Positions 44,601-58,500 of a stretch of DNA of 64,000 bases are shown here, piece by piece. A program made the position numbers and the translations under genes. Each line of letters begins with the position of its first letter. The stretch's first letter is position 1. This stretch comes from Eledone cirrhosa. Its lineage: Eukaryota. The stretch covers positions 33,728,001 through 33,792,000 of the forward strand of contig OZ024740.1 of NCBI GenBank assembly GCA_964016885.1, written 5' to 3'. The notes beneath the pieces were generated by a model that worked only from the letters and a program-made list of their open reading frames with translations, was not told where the DNA came from and made no database searches.

Positions 44601-47600
44601 CTTCCAACTCTCTCTTACCATCAACCATCTTTACTGCTATCTTCCAACTCTCTCTTACCAATAACCATCTTTACTGCTATCTTCCAACTCTCTCTTACCA
44701 ATAACCCTCTTTACTGCTACCTTCCAACTCTCACTTACCATCAACTATCTTTACTGCTATCTTCTAACTCTCTCTTACCATCAACCATCTTTACTGCTAT
44801 CTTCCAACTCTCTCTTACCATCAACCATCTTTACTGCTATCTTCCAACTCTCTCTTACCAATAACCATCTTTACTGCTATCTTCCAACTCTCTCTTACCA
44901 ATAACCCTCTTTACTGCTACCTTCCAACTCTCACTTACCATCAACTATCTTTACTGCTATCTTCTAACTCTCTCTTACCATCAACCATCTTTACTGCTAT
45001 CTTCCAACTCTCTCTTACCAATAACCATCTTTACTGCTATCTTCTAACTCTCTCTTACCATCAACTATCTTTACTGCTATCTTCCAACTCTCTCTTACCA
45101 TCAACCATCTTTACTGCTATCTTCCAACTCTCTCTTACCAATAACCATCTTTACTGCTATCTTCCAACTCTCACTTACCAATAACCCTCTTTACTGCTAC
45201 CTTCCAACTCTCTCTTACCATCAACCATCTTTACTGCCATCTTCCAACTCTCTCTTACCAATAACCCTCTTTACTGCTATCTTCTAACTCTCTCTTACCA
45301 TCAACCATCTTTACTGCTACCTTCCAACTCTCACTTACCATCAACCATCTTTACTGCTATCTTCCAACTCTCTCTTACCAATAACCCTCTTTACTGCTAT
45401 CTTCCAACTCTCTCTTACCAATAACCATCTTTACTGCTACCTTCCAACTCTCTCTTACCATCAACCATCTTTACTGCTATCTTCCAACTCTCTCTTACCA
45501 ATAACCATCTTTACTGCTATCTTCTAACTCTCTCTTACCAATAACCCTCTTTACTGCTATCTTCTAACTCTCTCTAACCATCAACCATCTTTACTGCTAC
45601 CTTCCAACTCTCTCTTACCATCAACCCTCTTTACTGCTATCTTCTAACTCTCTCTTACCATCAACCCTCTTTACTGCTACCTTCCAACTCTCACTTACCA
45701 TCAACCATCTTTACTGCTACCTTCCAACTCTCACTTACCATCAACCATCTTTACTGCTATCTTCCAACTCTCTCTTACCATCAACCATCTTTACTGCTAT
45801 CTTCCAACTCTCTCTTACCAATAACCATCTTTACTGCTATCTTCCAACTCTCTCTTACCAATAACCCTCTTTACTGCTACCTTCCAACTCTCACTTACCA
45901 TCAACCATCTTTACTGCCATCTTCCAACTCTCTCTTACCATCAACCATCTTTACTGCTATCTTCCAACTCTCTCTTACCAATAACCCTCTTTACTGCTAT
46001 CTTCCAACTCTCTCTTACCATCAACCATCTTTACTGCTATCTTCCAACTCTCTCTTACCAATAACCCTCTTTACTGCTATCTTCCAACTCTCTCTTACCA
46101 TCAACCATCTTTACTGCTACCTTCCAACTCTCACTTACCATCAACCCTCTTTACTGCTACCTTCCAACTCTCTCTTACCATCAACCATCTTTACTGCTAT
46201 CTTCCAACTCTCTCTTACCAATAACCATCTTTACTGCTATCTTCCAACTCTCTCTTACCAATAACCCTCTTTACTGCTACCTTCCAACTCTCACTTACCA
46301 TCAACTATCTTTACTGCTATCTTCTAACTCTCTCTTACCATCAACCATCTTTACTGCTATCTTCCAACTCTCTCTTACCATCAACCATCTTTACTGCTAT
46401 CTTCCAACTCTCTCTTACCAATAACCATCTTTACTGCTATCTTCCAACTCTCTCTTACCAATAACCCTCTTTACTGCTACCTTCCAACTCTCACTTACCA
46501 TCAACTATCTTTACTGCTATCTTCTAACTCTCTCTTACCATCAACCATCTTTACTGCTATCTTCCAACTCTCTCTTACCAATAACCATCTTTACTGCTAT
46601 CTTCTAACTCTCTCTTACCATCAACTATCTTTACTGCTATCTTCCAACTCTCTCTTACCATCAACCATCTTTACTGCTATCTTCCAACTCTCTCTTACCA
46701 ATAACCATCTTTACTGCTATCTTCCAACTCTCACTTACCAATAACCCTCTTTACTGCTACCTTCCAACTCTCTCTTACCATCAACCATCTTTACTGCTAT
46801 CTTCCAACTCTCTCTTACCAATAACCATCTTTACTGCTATCTTCCAACTCTCTCTTACCAATAACCATCTTTACTGCTACCTTCCAACTCTCACTTACCA
46901 TCAACTATCTTTACTGCTATCTTCTAACTCTCTCTTACCATCAACCATCTTTACTGCTATCTTCCAACTCTCTCTTACCATCAACCATCTTTACTGCTAT
47001 CTTCCAACTCTCTCTTACCAATAACCCTCTTTACTGCTATCTTCTAACTCTCTCTTACCAATAACCATCTTTACTGCTATCTTCCAACTCTCTCTTACCA
47101 ATAACCCTCTTTACTGCTATCTTCCAACTCTCTCTTACCATCAACCATCTTTACTGCTATCTTCCAACTCTCTCTTACCATCAACCATCTTTACTGCTAT
47201 CTTCTAACTCTCTCTTACCAATAACCATCTTTACTGCTATCTTCCAACTCTCTCTTACCAATAACCCTCTTTACTGCTATCTTCCAACTCTCTCTTACCA
47301 TCAACCATCTTTACTGCTATCTTCCAACTCTCTCTTACCATCAACCATCTTTACTGCTATCTTCTAACTCTCTCTTACCAATAACCATCTTTACTGCTAT
47401 CTTCCAACTCTCTCTTACCAATAACCCTCTTTACTGCTATCTTCTAACTCTCTCTTACCATCAACCATCTTTACTGCTATCTTCCAACTCTCTCTTACCA
47501 TCAACCATCTTTACTGCTATCTTCCAACTCTCTCTTACCAATAACCCTCTTTACTGCTATCTTCTAACTCTCTCTTACCATCAACCATCTTTACTGCTAT

Positions 47601-50570
47601 CTTCTAACTCTCTCTTACCAATAACCATCTTTACTGCTATCTTCCAACTCTCTCTTACCAATAACCCTCTTTACTGCTATCTTCTAACTCTCTCTTACCA
47701 TCAACCATCTTTACTGCTACCTTCCAACTCTCTCTTACCAATAACCCTCTTTACTGCTATCTTCCAACTCTCTCTTACCAATAACCCTCTTTACTGCTAT
47801 CTTCCAACTCTCTCTTACCAATAACCCTCTTTACTGCTACCTTCCAACTCTCTCTTACCATCAACCATCTTTACTGCTATCTTCTAACTCTCTCTTACCA
47901 TCAACCATCTTTACTGCTATCTTCCAACTCTCTCTTATCATCAACCATCTTTACTGCTATCTTCTAACTCTCTCTTACCATCAACCATCTTTACTGCTAT
48001 CTTCCAACTCTCTCTTACCAATAACCCTCTTTACTGCTATCTTCCAACTCTCTCTTACCAATAACCATCTTTACTGCTATCTTCCAACTCTCTCTTACCA
48101 ATAACCCTCTTTACTGCTATCTTCTAACTCTCTCTTACCATCAACCCTCTTTACTGCTATCTTCCAACTCTCTCTTACCAATAACCATCTTTACTGCTAT
48201 CTTCCAACTCTCTCTTACCATCAACCATCTTTACTGCTATCTTCCAACTCTCTCTTACCAATAACCCTCTTTACTGCTACCTTCCAACTCTCACTTACCA
48301 TCAACTATCTTTACTGCTATCTTCTAACTCTCTCTTACCATCAACCATCTTTACTGCTATCTTCTAACTCTCTCTTACCAATAACCCTCTTTACTGCTAC
48401 CTTCCAACTCTCACTTACCATCAACTATCTTTACTGCTATCTTCTAACTCTCTCTTACCATCAACCATCTTTACTGCTATCTTCTAACTCTCTCTTACCA
48501 ATAACCCTCTTTACTGCTACCTTCCAACTCTCACTTACCATCAACTATCTTTACTGCTATCTTCTAACTCTCTCTTACCATCAACCATCTTTACTGCTAT
48601 CTTCTAACTCTCTCTTACCAATAACCATCTTTACTGCTATCTTCCAACTCTCTCTTACCAATAACCCTCTTTACTGCTATCTTCTAACTCTCTCTTACCA
48701 TCAACTATCTTTACTGCTATCTTCCAACTCTCTCTTACCAATAACCCTCTTTACTGCTACCTTCCAACTCTCACTTACCATCAACCATCTTTACTGCTAT
48801 CTTCCAACTCTCTCTTACCAATAACCCTCTTTACTGCTATCTTCTAACTCTCTCTTACCATCAACTATCTTTACTGCTATCTTCCAACTCTCTCTTACCA
48901 ATAACCCTCTTTACTGCTACCTTCCAACTCTCACTTACCATCAACTATCTTTACTGCTATCTTCTAACTCTCTCTTACCATCAACCATCTTTACTGCTAT
49001 CTTCTAACTCTCTCTTACCAATAACCCTCTTTACTGCTACCTTCCAACTCTCACTTACCATCAACCCTCTTTACTGCTACCTTCCAACTCTCACTTACCA
49101 TCAACCATCTTTACTGCTATCTTCCAACTCTCTCTTACCAATAAACATCTTTACTGCTATCTTCCAACTCTCTCTTACCAATAACCCTCTTTACTGCTAC
49201 CTTCCAACTCTCACTTACCATCAACTATCTTTACTGCTATCTTCTAACTCTCTCTTACCATCAACCATCTTTACTGCTATCTTCCAACTCTCTCTTACCA
49301 ATAACCATCTTTACTGCTATCTTCCAACTCTCTCTTACCAATAACCCTCTTTACTGCTACCTTCCAACTCTCACTTACCATCAACTATCTTTACTGCTAT
49401 CTTCTAACTCTCTCTTACCATCAACCATCTTTACTGCTATCTTCCAACTCTCTCTTACCAATAACCATCTTTACTGCTATCTTCCAACTCTCTCTTACCA
49501 TCAACCATCTTTACTGCTATCTTCCAACTCTCTCTTACCAATAACCCTCTTTACTGCTACCTTCCAACTCTCACTTACCATCAACTATCTTTACTGCTAT
49601 CTTCTAACTCTCTCTTACCATCAACCATCTTTACTGCTATCTTCCAACTCTCTCTTACCATCAACCATCTTTACTGCTATCTTCTAACTCTCTCTTACCA
49701 ATAACCATCTTTACTGCTATCTTCCAACTCTCTCTTACCAATAACCATCTTTACTGCTATCTTCCAACTCTCTCTTACCATCAACCATCTTTACTGCTAT
49801 CTTCTAACTCTCTCTTACCAATAACCATCTTTACTGCTATCTTCCAACTCTCTCTTACCAATAACCATCTTTACTGCTATCTTCCAACTCTCTCTTACCA
49901 TCAACCATCTTTACTGTTATCTTCTAACTCTCTCTTACCATCAACCATCTTTACTGCTATCTTCCAACTCTCTCTTACCATCAACCATCTTTACTGCTAC
50001 CTTCCAACTCTCACTTACCATCAACTATCTTTACTGCTATCTTCTAACTCTCTCTTACCATCAACCATCTTTACTGCTATCTTCCAACTCTCTCTTACCA
50101 ATAACCATCTTTACTGCTAACTTCCAACTCTCTCTTACCATCAACCATCTTTACTGCTATCTTCCAACTCTCTCTTACCATCAACCATCTTTACTGCTAT
50201 CTTCCAACTCTCTCTTACCATCAACCATCTTTACTGCTATCTTCCAACTCTCTCTTACCATCAACCATCTTTACTGCTATCTTCCAACTGTCTCTTACCA
50301 TCAACCATCTTTACTGCTACCTTCCAACTCTCTCTTACCATCAACCCTCTTTACTGCTACCTTCCAACTCTCTCTTACCATCAACCATCTTTACTGCTAT
50401 CTTCCAACTCTCTCTTACCAATAACCGTCTTTACTGCTATCTTCCAACTCTCTCTTACCATCAACCATCTTTACTGCTATCTTCCAACTCTCTCTTACCA
50501 TCAACCATCTTTACTGCTATCTTCTAACTCTCTCTTACCATCAACCATCTTTACTGCTATCTTCCAACTC
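38620..50570 (+). repeat. Central indel-free domain (about 299 monomers, all exactly 40 bp), enriched from about 40.7 kb in AATAACCC, TTCTAAC, TACC/TCAC and AACTATC variants
   Basis: The repeat phase relative to the 10-bp print blocks does not shift from about 38620 until the 42-mer at about 50571. The variant spectrum differs visibly from the flanks. Confidence 0.9.
43620..46850 (+). repeat. Tandem duplication of 1560-1600 bp within the central domain
   Basis: GCCATC variants at about 43637/45237 (1600) and about 44357/45917 (1560). TCACTTACCAATAACCC at 45171/46731 (1560). Confidence 0.85.
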
Positions 50571-53500
50571 TCTCTCTTACCATCAACCATCTTTACTGCT
50601 ATCTTCCAACTCTCTCTTACCATCAACCATCTTTACTGCTACCTTCCAACTCTCTCTTACCATCAACCATCTTTACTGTTATCTTCTAACTCTCTCTTAC
50701 CATCAACCATCTTTACTGCTATCTTCCAACTCTCTCTTACCATCAACCATCTTTACTGCTACCTTCCAACTCTCTCTTACCATCAACCATCTTTACTGCT
50801 ATCTTCCAACTGTCTCTTACCATCAACCATCTTTACTGCTATCTTCCAACTGTCTCTTACCATCAACCATCTTTACTGCTATCTTCCAACTCTCTCTTAC
50901 CATCAACCATCTTTACTGCTACCTTCCAACTCTCTCTTACCAATAACCATCTTTACTGCTATCTTCCAACTCTCTCTTACCATCAACTATCTTTACTGCT
51001 ATCTTCCAACTCTCTCTTACCATCAACCATCTTTACTGCTATCTTCCAACTCTCTCTTACCAATAACCATCTTTACTGCTATCTTCCAACTCTCTCTTAC
51101 CATCAACCATCTTTACTGCTATCTTCCAACTCTCTCTTACCATCAACCATCTTTACTGCTATCTTCCAACTCTCTCTTACCATCAACCATCTTTACTGCT
51201 ATCTTCCAACTCTCTCTTACCATCAACCATCTTTACTGCTATCTTCCAACTCTCTCTTACCATCAACCATCTTTACTGCTATCTTCCAACTCTCTCTTAC
51301 CATCAACCATCTTTACTGCTATCTTCCAACTCTCTCTTACCATCAACCATCTTTACTGCTACCTTCCAACTCTCTCTTACCATCAACTATCTTTACTGCT
51401 ATCTTCCAACTCTCTCTTACCATCAACCATCTTTACTGCTATCTTCCAACTCTCTCTTACCATCAACCATCTTTACTGCTATCTTCCAAGTCTCTCTTAC
51501 CATCAACCATCTTTACTGCTATCTTCCAACTCTCTCTTACCATCAACCATCTTTACTGCTATCTTCCAACTCTCTCTGACCATCAACCATCTTTACTGCT
51601 ATCTTCCAACTCTCTCTTACCATCAACCATCTTTACTGCTATCTTCCAACTCTCTCTGACCATCAACCATCTTTACTGCTATCTTCCAACTCTCTCTTAC
51701 CATCAACCATCTTTACTGCTATCTTCCAACTCTCTCTTACCATCAACCATCTTTACTGCTACCTTCCAACTCTCTCTTACCATCAACCATCTTTACTGCT
51801 ATCTTCCAACTCTCTCTGACCATCAACCATCTTTACTGCTATCTTCCAACTCTCTCTGACCATCAACCATCTTTACTGCTATCTTCCAACTCTCTCTTAC
51901 CATCAACCATCTTTACTGCTATCTTCCAACTCTCTCTTACCATCAACCATCTTTACTGCTATCTTCCAACTCTCTCTTACCAATAACCATCTTTACTGCC
52001 ATCTTCCAACTCTCTCTTACCATCAACCATCTTTACTGCTACCTTCCAACTCTCTCTGACCATCAACCATCTTTACTGCTATCTTCCAACTCTCTCTTAC
52101 CATCAACCATCTTTACTGCTATCTTCCAACTCTCTCTTACCATCAACCATCTTTACTGCTATCTTCCAACTCTCTCTTACCATCAACCATCTTTACTGCT
52201 AACTTCCAACTCTCTCTTACCATCAACCATCTTTACTGCTATCTTCCAACTCTCTCTTACCATCAACCATCTTTACTGCTATCTTCCAACTCTCTCTTAC
52301 CATCAACCATCTTTACTGCTATCTTCCAACTCTCTCTTACCATCAACCATCTTTACTGCTATCTTCCAACTCTCTCTTACCATCAACCATCTTTACTGCT
52401 ATCTTCCAACTCTCTCTTACCATCAACCATCTTTACTGCTATCTTCCAACTCTCTCTTACCATCAACCATCTTTACTGCTATCTTCTAACTGTCTCTTAC
52501 CATCAACCATCTTTACTGCTATCTTCCAACTCTCTCTTACCATCAACCATCTTTACTGCTACCTTCCAACCCTCTCTTACCATCAACCATCTTTACTGCT
52601 ACCTTCCAACCCTCTCTTACCATCAACCATCTTTACTGCTATCTTCCAACTCTCTCTTACCATCAACCATCTTTACTGCTACCTTCCAACCCTCTCTTAC
52701 CATCAACCATCTTTACTGCTACCTTCCAACCCTCTCTTACCATCAACCATCTTTACTGCTATCTTCCAACTCTCTCTTACCATCAACCATCTTTACTGCT
52801 AACTTCCAACTCTCTCTTACCATCAACCATCTTTACTGCTACCTTCCAACCCTCTCTTACCATCAACCATCTTTACTGCTATCTTCCAACTCTCTCTTAC
52901 CATCAACCATCTTTACTGCTACCTTCCAACCCTCTCTTACCATCAACCATCTTTACTGCTATCTTCCAACTCTCTCTTACCATCAACCATCTTTACTGCT
53001 ACCTTCCAACTCTCTCTTACCATCAACCATCTTTACTGCTACCTTCCAACCCTCTCTTACCATCAACCATCTTTACTGCTATCTTCCAACTCTCTCTTAC
53101 CATCAACCATCTTTACTGCTACCTTCCAACCCTCTCTTACCATCAACCATCTTTACTGCTACCTTCCAACCCTCTCTTACCATCAACCATCTTTACTGCT
53201 ACCTTCCAACTCTCTCTTACCAATAACCATCTTTACTGCTATCCTCTAACTCTCTCTTACCAATAACCATCTTTACTGCTATCCTCTAACTCTCTCTTAC
53301 CATCAACCATCTTTACTGCTATCTTCCAACTCTCTCTTACCATCAACCATCTTTACTGCTATCTTCCAACTCTCTCTTACCAATAACCATCTTTACTGCT
53401 ATCTTCTAACTCTCTCTTACCATCAACCATCTTTACTGCTATCTTCCAACTCTCTCTTACCAATAACCATCTTTACTGCTATCTTCCAACTCTCTCTCTT

Positions 53501-55559
53501 ACCATCAACCATCTTTACTGCTATCTTCCAACTGTCTCTTACCATCAACCATCTTTACTGCTACCTTCCAACTCTCTCTTACCATCAACCATCTTTACTG
53601 CTATCTTCTAACTCTCTCTTACCATCAACCATCTTTACTGCTATCTTCCAACTCTCTCTTACCATCAACCATCTTTACTGCTATCTTCCAACTGTCTCTT
53701 ACCATCAACCATCTTTACTGCTATCTTCCAACTGTCTCTTACCATCAACCATCTTTACTGCTATCTTCCAACTCTCTCTTACCATCAACCATCTTTACTG
53801 CTATCTTCCAACTGTCTCTAACCATCAACCATCTTTACTGCTATCTTCCAACTCTCTCTTACCATCAACCATCTTTACTGCTATCTTCCAACGCTCTCTT
53901 ACCATCAACCATCTTTACTGCTATCTTCCAACTCTCTCTTACCAATAACCATCTTTACTGCCATCTTCCAACTCTCTCTTACCATCAACCATCTTTTCTG
54001 CTATCTTCCAACTCTCTCTCTTACCATCAACCCTCTTTACTGCTATCTTCCAACTCTCTCTTACCATCAACCATCTTTACTGCTATCTTCCAACTCTCTC
54101 TTACCATCAACCATCTTTACTGCTATTTTCCAACTCTCTCTTACCATCAACCATCTTTACTGCTATCTTCCAACTCTCTCTTACCATCAACTATCTTTAC
54201 TGCTATCTTCCAACTCTCTCTTACCATCAACCATCTTTACTGCTACCTTCCAAGTCTCTCTTACCATCAACCATCTTTACTGCTATCTTCCAACTCTCTC
54301 TTACCATCAACCATCTTTACTGCTATCTTCCAACTCTCTCTTACCATCAACTATCTTTACTGCTATCTTCCAACTCTCTCTTACCATCAACCATCTTTAC
54401 TGCTAACTTCCAACTCTCTCTTACCAATAACCATCTTTACTGCTATCTTCCAACTCTCTCTTACCATCAACCATCTTTACTGCTATCTTCCAACTCTCTC
54501 TTACCATCAACCATCTTTACTGCTATCTTCCAACTCTCTCTCTTACCATCAACCATCTTTACTGCTACCTTCCAACTCTCTCTTACCATCAACCATCTTT
54601 ACTGCTATCTTCTAACTCTCTCTTACCATCAACCATCTTTACTGCTATCTTCCAACTCTCTCTTACCATCAACCATCTTTACTGCTATCTTCCAACACTC
54701 TCTTACCATCAACCATCTTTACTGCTATCTTCCAACTGTCTCTAACCATCAACCATCTTTACTGCTATCTTCCAACTCTCTCTTACCATCAACCATCTTT
54801 ACTGCTATCTTCCAACACTCTCTTACCATCAACCATCTTTACTGCTATCTTCCAACTCTCTCTTACCATCAACCATCTTTACTGCTATCTTCCAACTGTC
54901 TCTAACCATCAACCATCTTTACTGCTATCTTCCAACTCTCTCTTACCATCAACCATCTTTACTGCTATCTTCCAACGCTCTCTTACCATCAACCATCTTT
55001 ACTGCTATCTTCCAACTCTCTCTTACCAATAACCATCTTTACTGCTATCCTCTAACTCTCTCTTACCATCAACCATCTTTACTGCTATCTTCCAACTCTC
55101 TCTTACCGTCAACCATCTTTACTGCTATCTTCCAACTCTCTCTTACCAATAACCGTCTTTACTGCTATCTTCTAACTCTCCCTTACCATCAACCATCTTT
55201 ACTGCTATCTTCCAACTCTCTCTTACCAATAACCATCTTTACTGCCATCTTCCAACTCTCTCTTACCATCAACCATCTTTACTGCTATCTTCCAACTCTC
55301 TCTTACCATCAACTATCTTTACTGCTATCTTCCAACTCTCTCTTACCATCAACCATCTTTACTGCTAACTTCCAACTCTCTCTTACCAATAACCATCTTT
55401 ACTGCTATCTTCTAACTCTCTCTTACCATCAACCATCTTTACTGCTATCTTCCAACTCTCTCTTACCATCAACCATCTTTACTGTTATCTTCTAACTCTC
55501 TCTTACCATCAACCATCTTTACTGCTATCTTCCAACTCTCTCTTACCATCAACCATCTT

Positions 55560-58500
55560 TACTGCTATCTTCCAACTCTCTCTTACCGTCAACCATCTTT
55601 ACTGCTATCTTCCAACTCTCTCTTACCAATAACCATCTTTACTGCTATCTTCTAACTCTCTCTTACCATCAACCATCTTTACTGCTATCTTCCAACTCTC
55701 TCTTACCAATAACCATCTTTACTGCCATCTTCCAACTCTCTCTTACCATCAACCATCTTTTCTGCTATCTTCCAACTCTCTCTCTTACCATCAACCCTCT
55801 TTACTGCTATCTTCCAACTCTCTCTTACCATCAACCATCTTTACTGCTATCTTCTAACTCTCTCTTACCATCAACCATCTTTACTGCTACCTTCCAACTC
55901 TCTCTTACCATCAACCATCTTTACTGCTATCTTCCAACTCTCTCTTACCAATAACCATCTTTACTGCTATCTTCCAACTCTCTCTTACCATCAACCATCT
56001 TTACTGCTATTTTCCAACTCTCTCTTACCATCAACCATCTTTACTGCTATCTTCCAACTCTCTCTTACCATCAACTATCTTTACTGCTATCTTCCAACTC
56101 TCTCTTACCATCAACCATCTTTACTGCTACCTTCCAAGTCTCTCTTACCATCAACCATCTTTACTGCTATCTTCCAACGCTCTCTTACCATCAACCATCT
56201 TTACTGCTATCTTCCAACTCTCTCTTACCATCAACTATCTTTACTGCTATCTTCCAACTCTCTCTTACCATCAACCATCTTTACTGCTAACTTCCAACTC
56301 TCTCTTACCAATAACCATCTTTACTGCTATCTTCCAACTCTCTCTTACCATCAACCATCTTTACTGCTATCTTCCAACTCTCTCTTACCATCAACCATCT
56401 TTACTGCTATCTTCCAACTCTCTCTTACCATCAACCATCTTTACTGCTATCTTCCAACTCTCTCTTACCATCAACCATCTTTACTGCTATCTTCCAACTC
56501 TCTCTTACCATCAACCATCTTTACTGCTATCTTCCAACTCTCTCTTACCATCAATCATCTTTACTGCTATCTTCCAACTCTCTCTTACCGTCAACCATCT
56601 TTACTGCTACCTTCCAACTCTCACTTACCATCAACCATCTTTACTGCTATCTTCCAACTCTCTCTTACCATCAACCATCTTTACTGCTATCTTCCAACTC
56701 TCTCTTACCATCAACCATCTTTACTGCTATCTTCCAACTCTCTCTTACCATCAACCATCTTTACTGCTATCTTCCAACTCTCTCTTACCATCAATCATCT
56801 TTACTGCTATCTTCCAACTCTCTCTTACCGTCAACCATCTTTACTGCTACCTTCCAACTCTCACTTACCATCAACCATCTTTACTGCTATCTTCCAACTC
56901 TCTCTTACCATCAACCATCTTTACTGCTATCTTCCAACTCTCTCTCTGACCATCAACCATCTTTACTGCTATCTTCCAACTCTCTCTTACCATCAACCAT
57001 CTTTACTGCTATCTTCTAACTCTCTCTTACCATCAACCATCTTTACTGCTATCTTCCAACTCTCTCTTACCATCAACCATCTTTACTGCTATCTTCCAAC
57101 TCTCTCTTACCATCAACCATCTTTACTGCTATCTTCCAACTCTCTCTTACCAATAACCCTCTTTACTGCTATCTTCTAACTCTCTCTTACCATCAACCAT
57201 CTTTACTGCTATCTTCAAACTCTCTCTTACCAATAACCATCTTTACTGCCATCTTCCAACTCTCTCTTACCATCAACCATCTTTTCTGCTATCTTCCAAC
57301 TCTCTCTCTTACCATCAACCATCTTTACTGCTATCTTCCAACTCTCTCTTACCATCTTTACTGCTATCTTCTAACTCTCTCTTACCATCAACCATCTTTA
57401 CTGCTATCTTCCAACTCTCTCTCTTACCATCAACCATCTTTACTGCTATTTTCTAACTCTCTCTTACCATCAACCATCTTTACTGCTACCTTCCAACTCT
57501 CTCTGACCATCAACCATCTTTACTGCTACCTTCCAACTCACTCTTACCATCAACCATCTTTACTGCTATCTTCCAACTCTCTCTCTTACCATCAACCATC
57601 TTTACTGCTATCTTCCAACTGTCTCTTACCATCAACCATCTTTACTGCTACCTTCCAACTCTCTCTTACCATCAACCATCTTTACTGCTATCTTCTAACT
57701 CTCTCTTACCATCAACCATCTTTACTGCTATCTTCCAACTCTCTCTTACCATCAACCATCTTTACTGCTATCTTCCAACTGTCTCTTACCATCAACCATC
57801 TTTACTGCTATCTTCCAACTGTCTCTTACCATCAACCATCTTTACTGCTATCTTCCAACTCTCTCTTACCATCAACCATCTTTACTGCTATCTTCCAACT
57901 GTCTCTAACCATCAACCATCTTTACTGCTATCTTCCAACTCTCTCTTACCATCAACCATCTTTACTGCTATCTTCCAACGCTCTCTTACCATCAACCATC
58001 TTTACTGCTATCTTCCAACTCTCTCTTACCAATAACCATCTTTACTGCTATCCTCTAACTCTCTCTTACCATCAACCATCTTTACTGCTATCTTCCAACT
58101 CTCTCTTACCGTCAACCATCTTTACTGCTATCTTCCAACTCTCTCTTACCAATAACCATCTTTACTGCTATCTTCTAACTCTCTCTTACCATCAACCATC
58201 TTTACTGCTATCTTCCAACTCTCTCTTACCAATAACCATCTTTACTGCCATCTTCCAACTCTCTCTTACCATCAACCATCTTTTCTGCTATCTTCCAACT
58301 CTCTCTCTTACCATCAACCCTCTTTACTGCTATCTTCCAACTCTCTCTTACCATCAACCATCTTTACTGCTATCTTCTAACTCTCTCTTACCATCAACCA
58401 TCTTTACTGCTATCTTCCAACTCTCTCTCTTACCATCAACCATCTTTACTGCTATCTTCCAACTCTCTCTTACCATCAACCATCTTTACTGCTACCTTCC

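Noticed and set aside
41500-49900. Variant pattern as an information-bearing code or diversity-generating cassette system
   Set aside because: No recombinase, reverse transcriptase or expression locus is present. The pattern is adequately explained by local duplication and conversion, as in minisatellite variant repeat maps.
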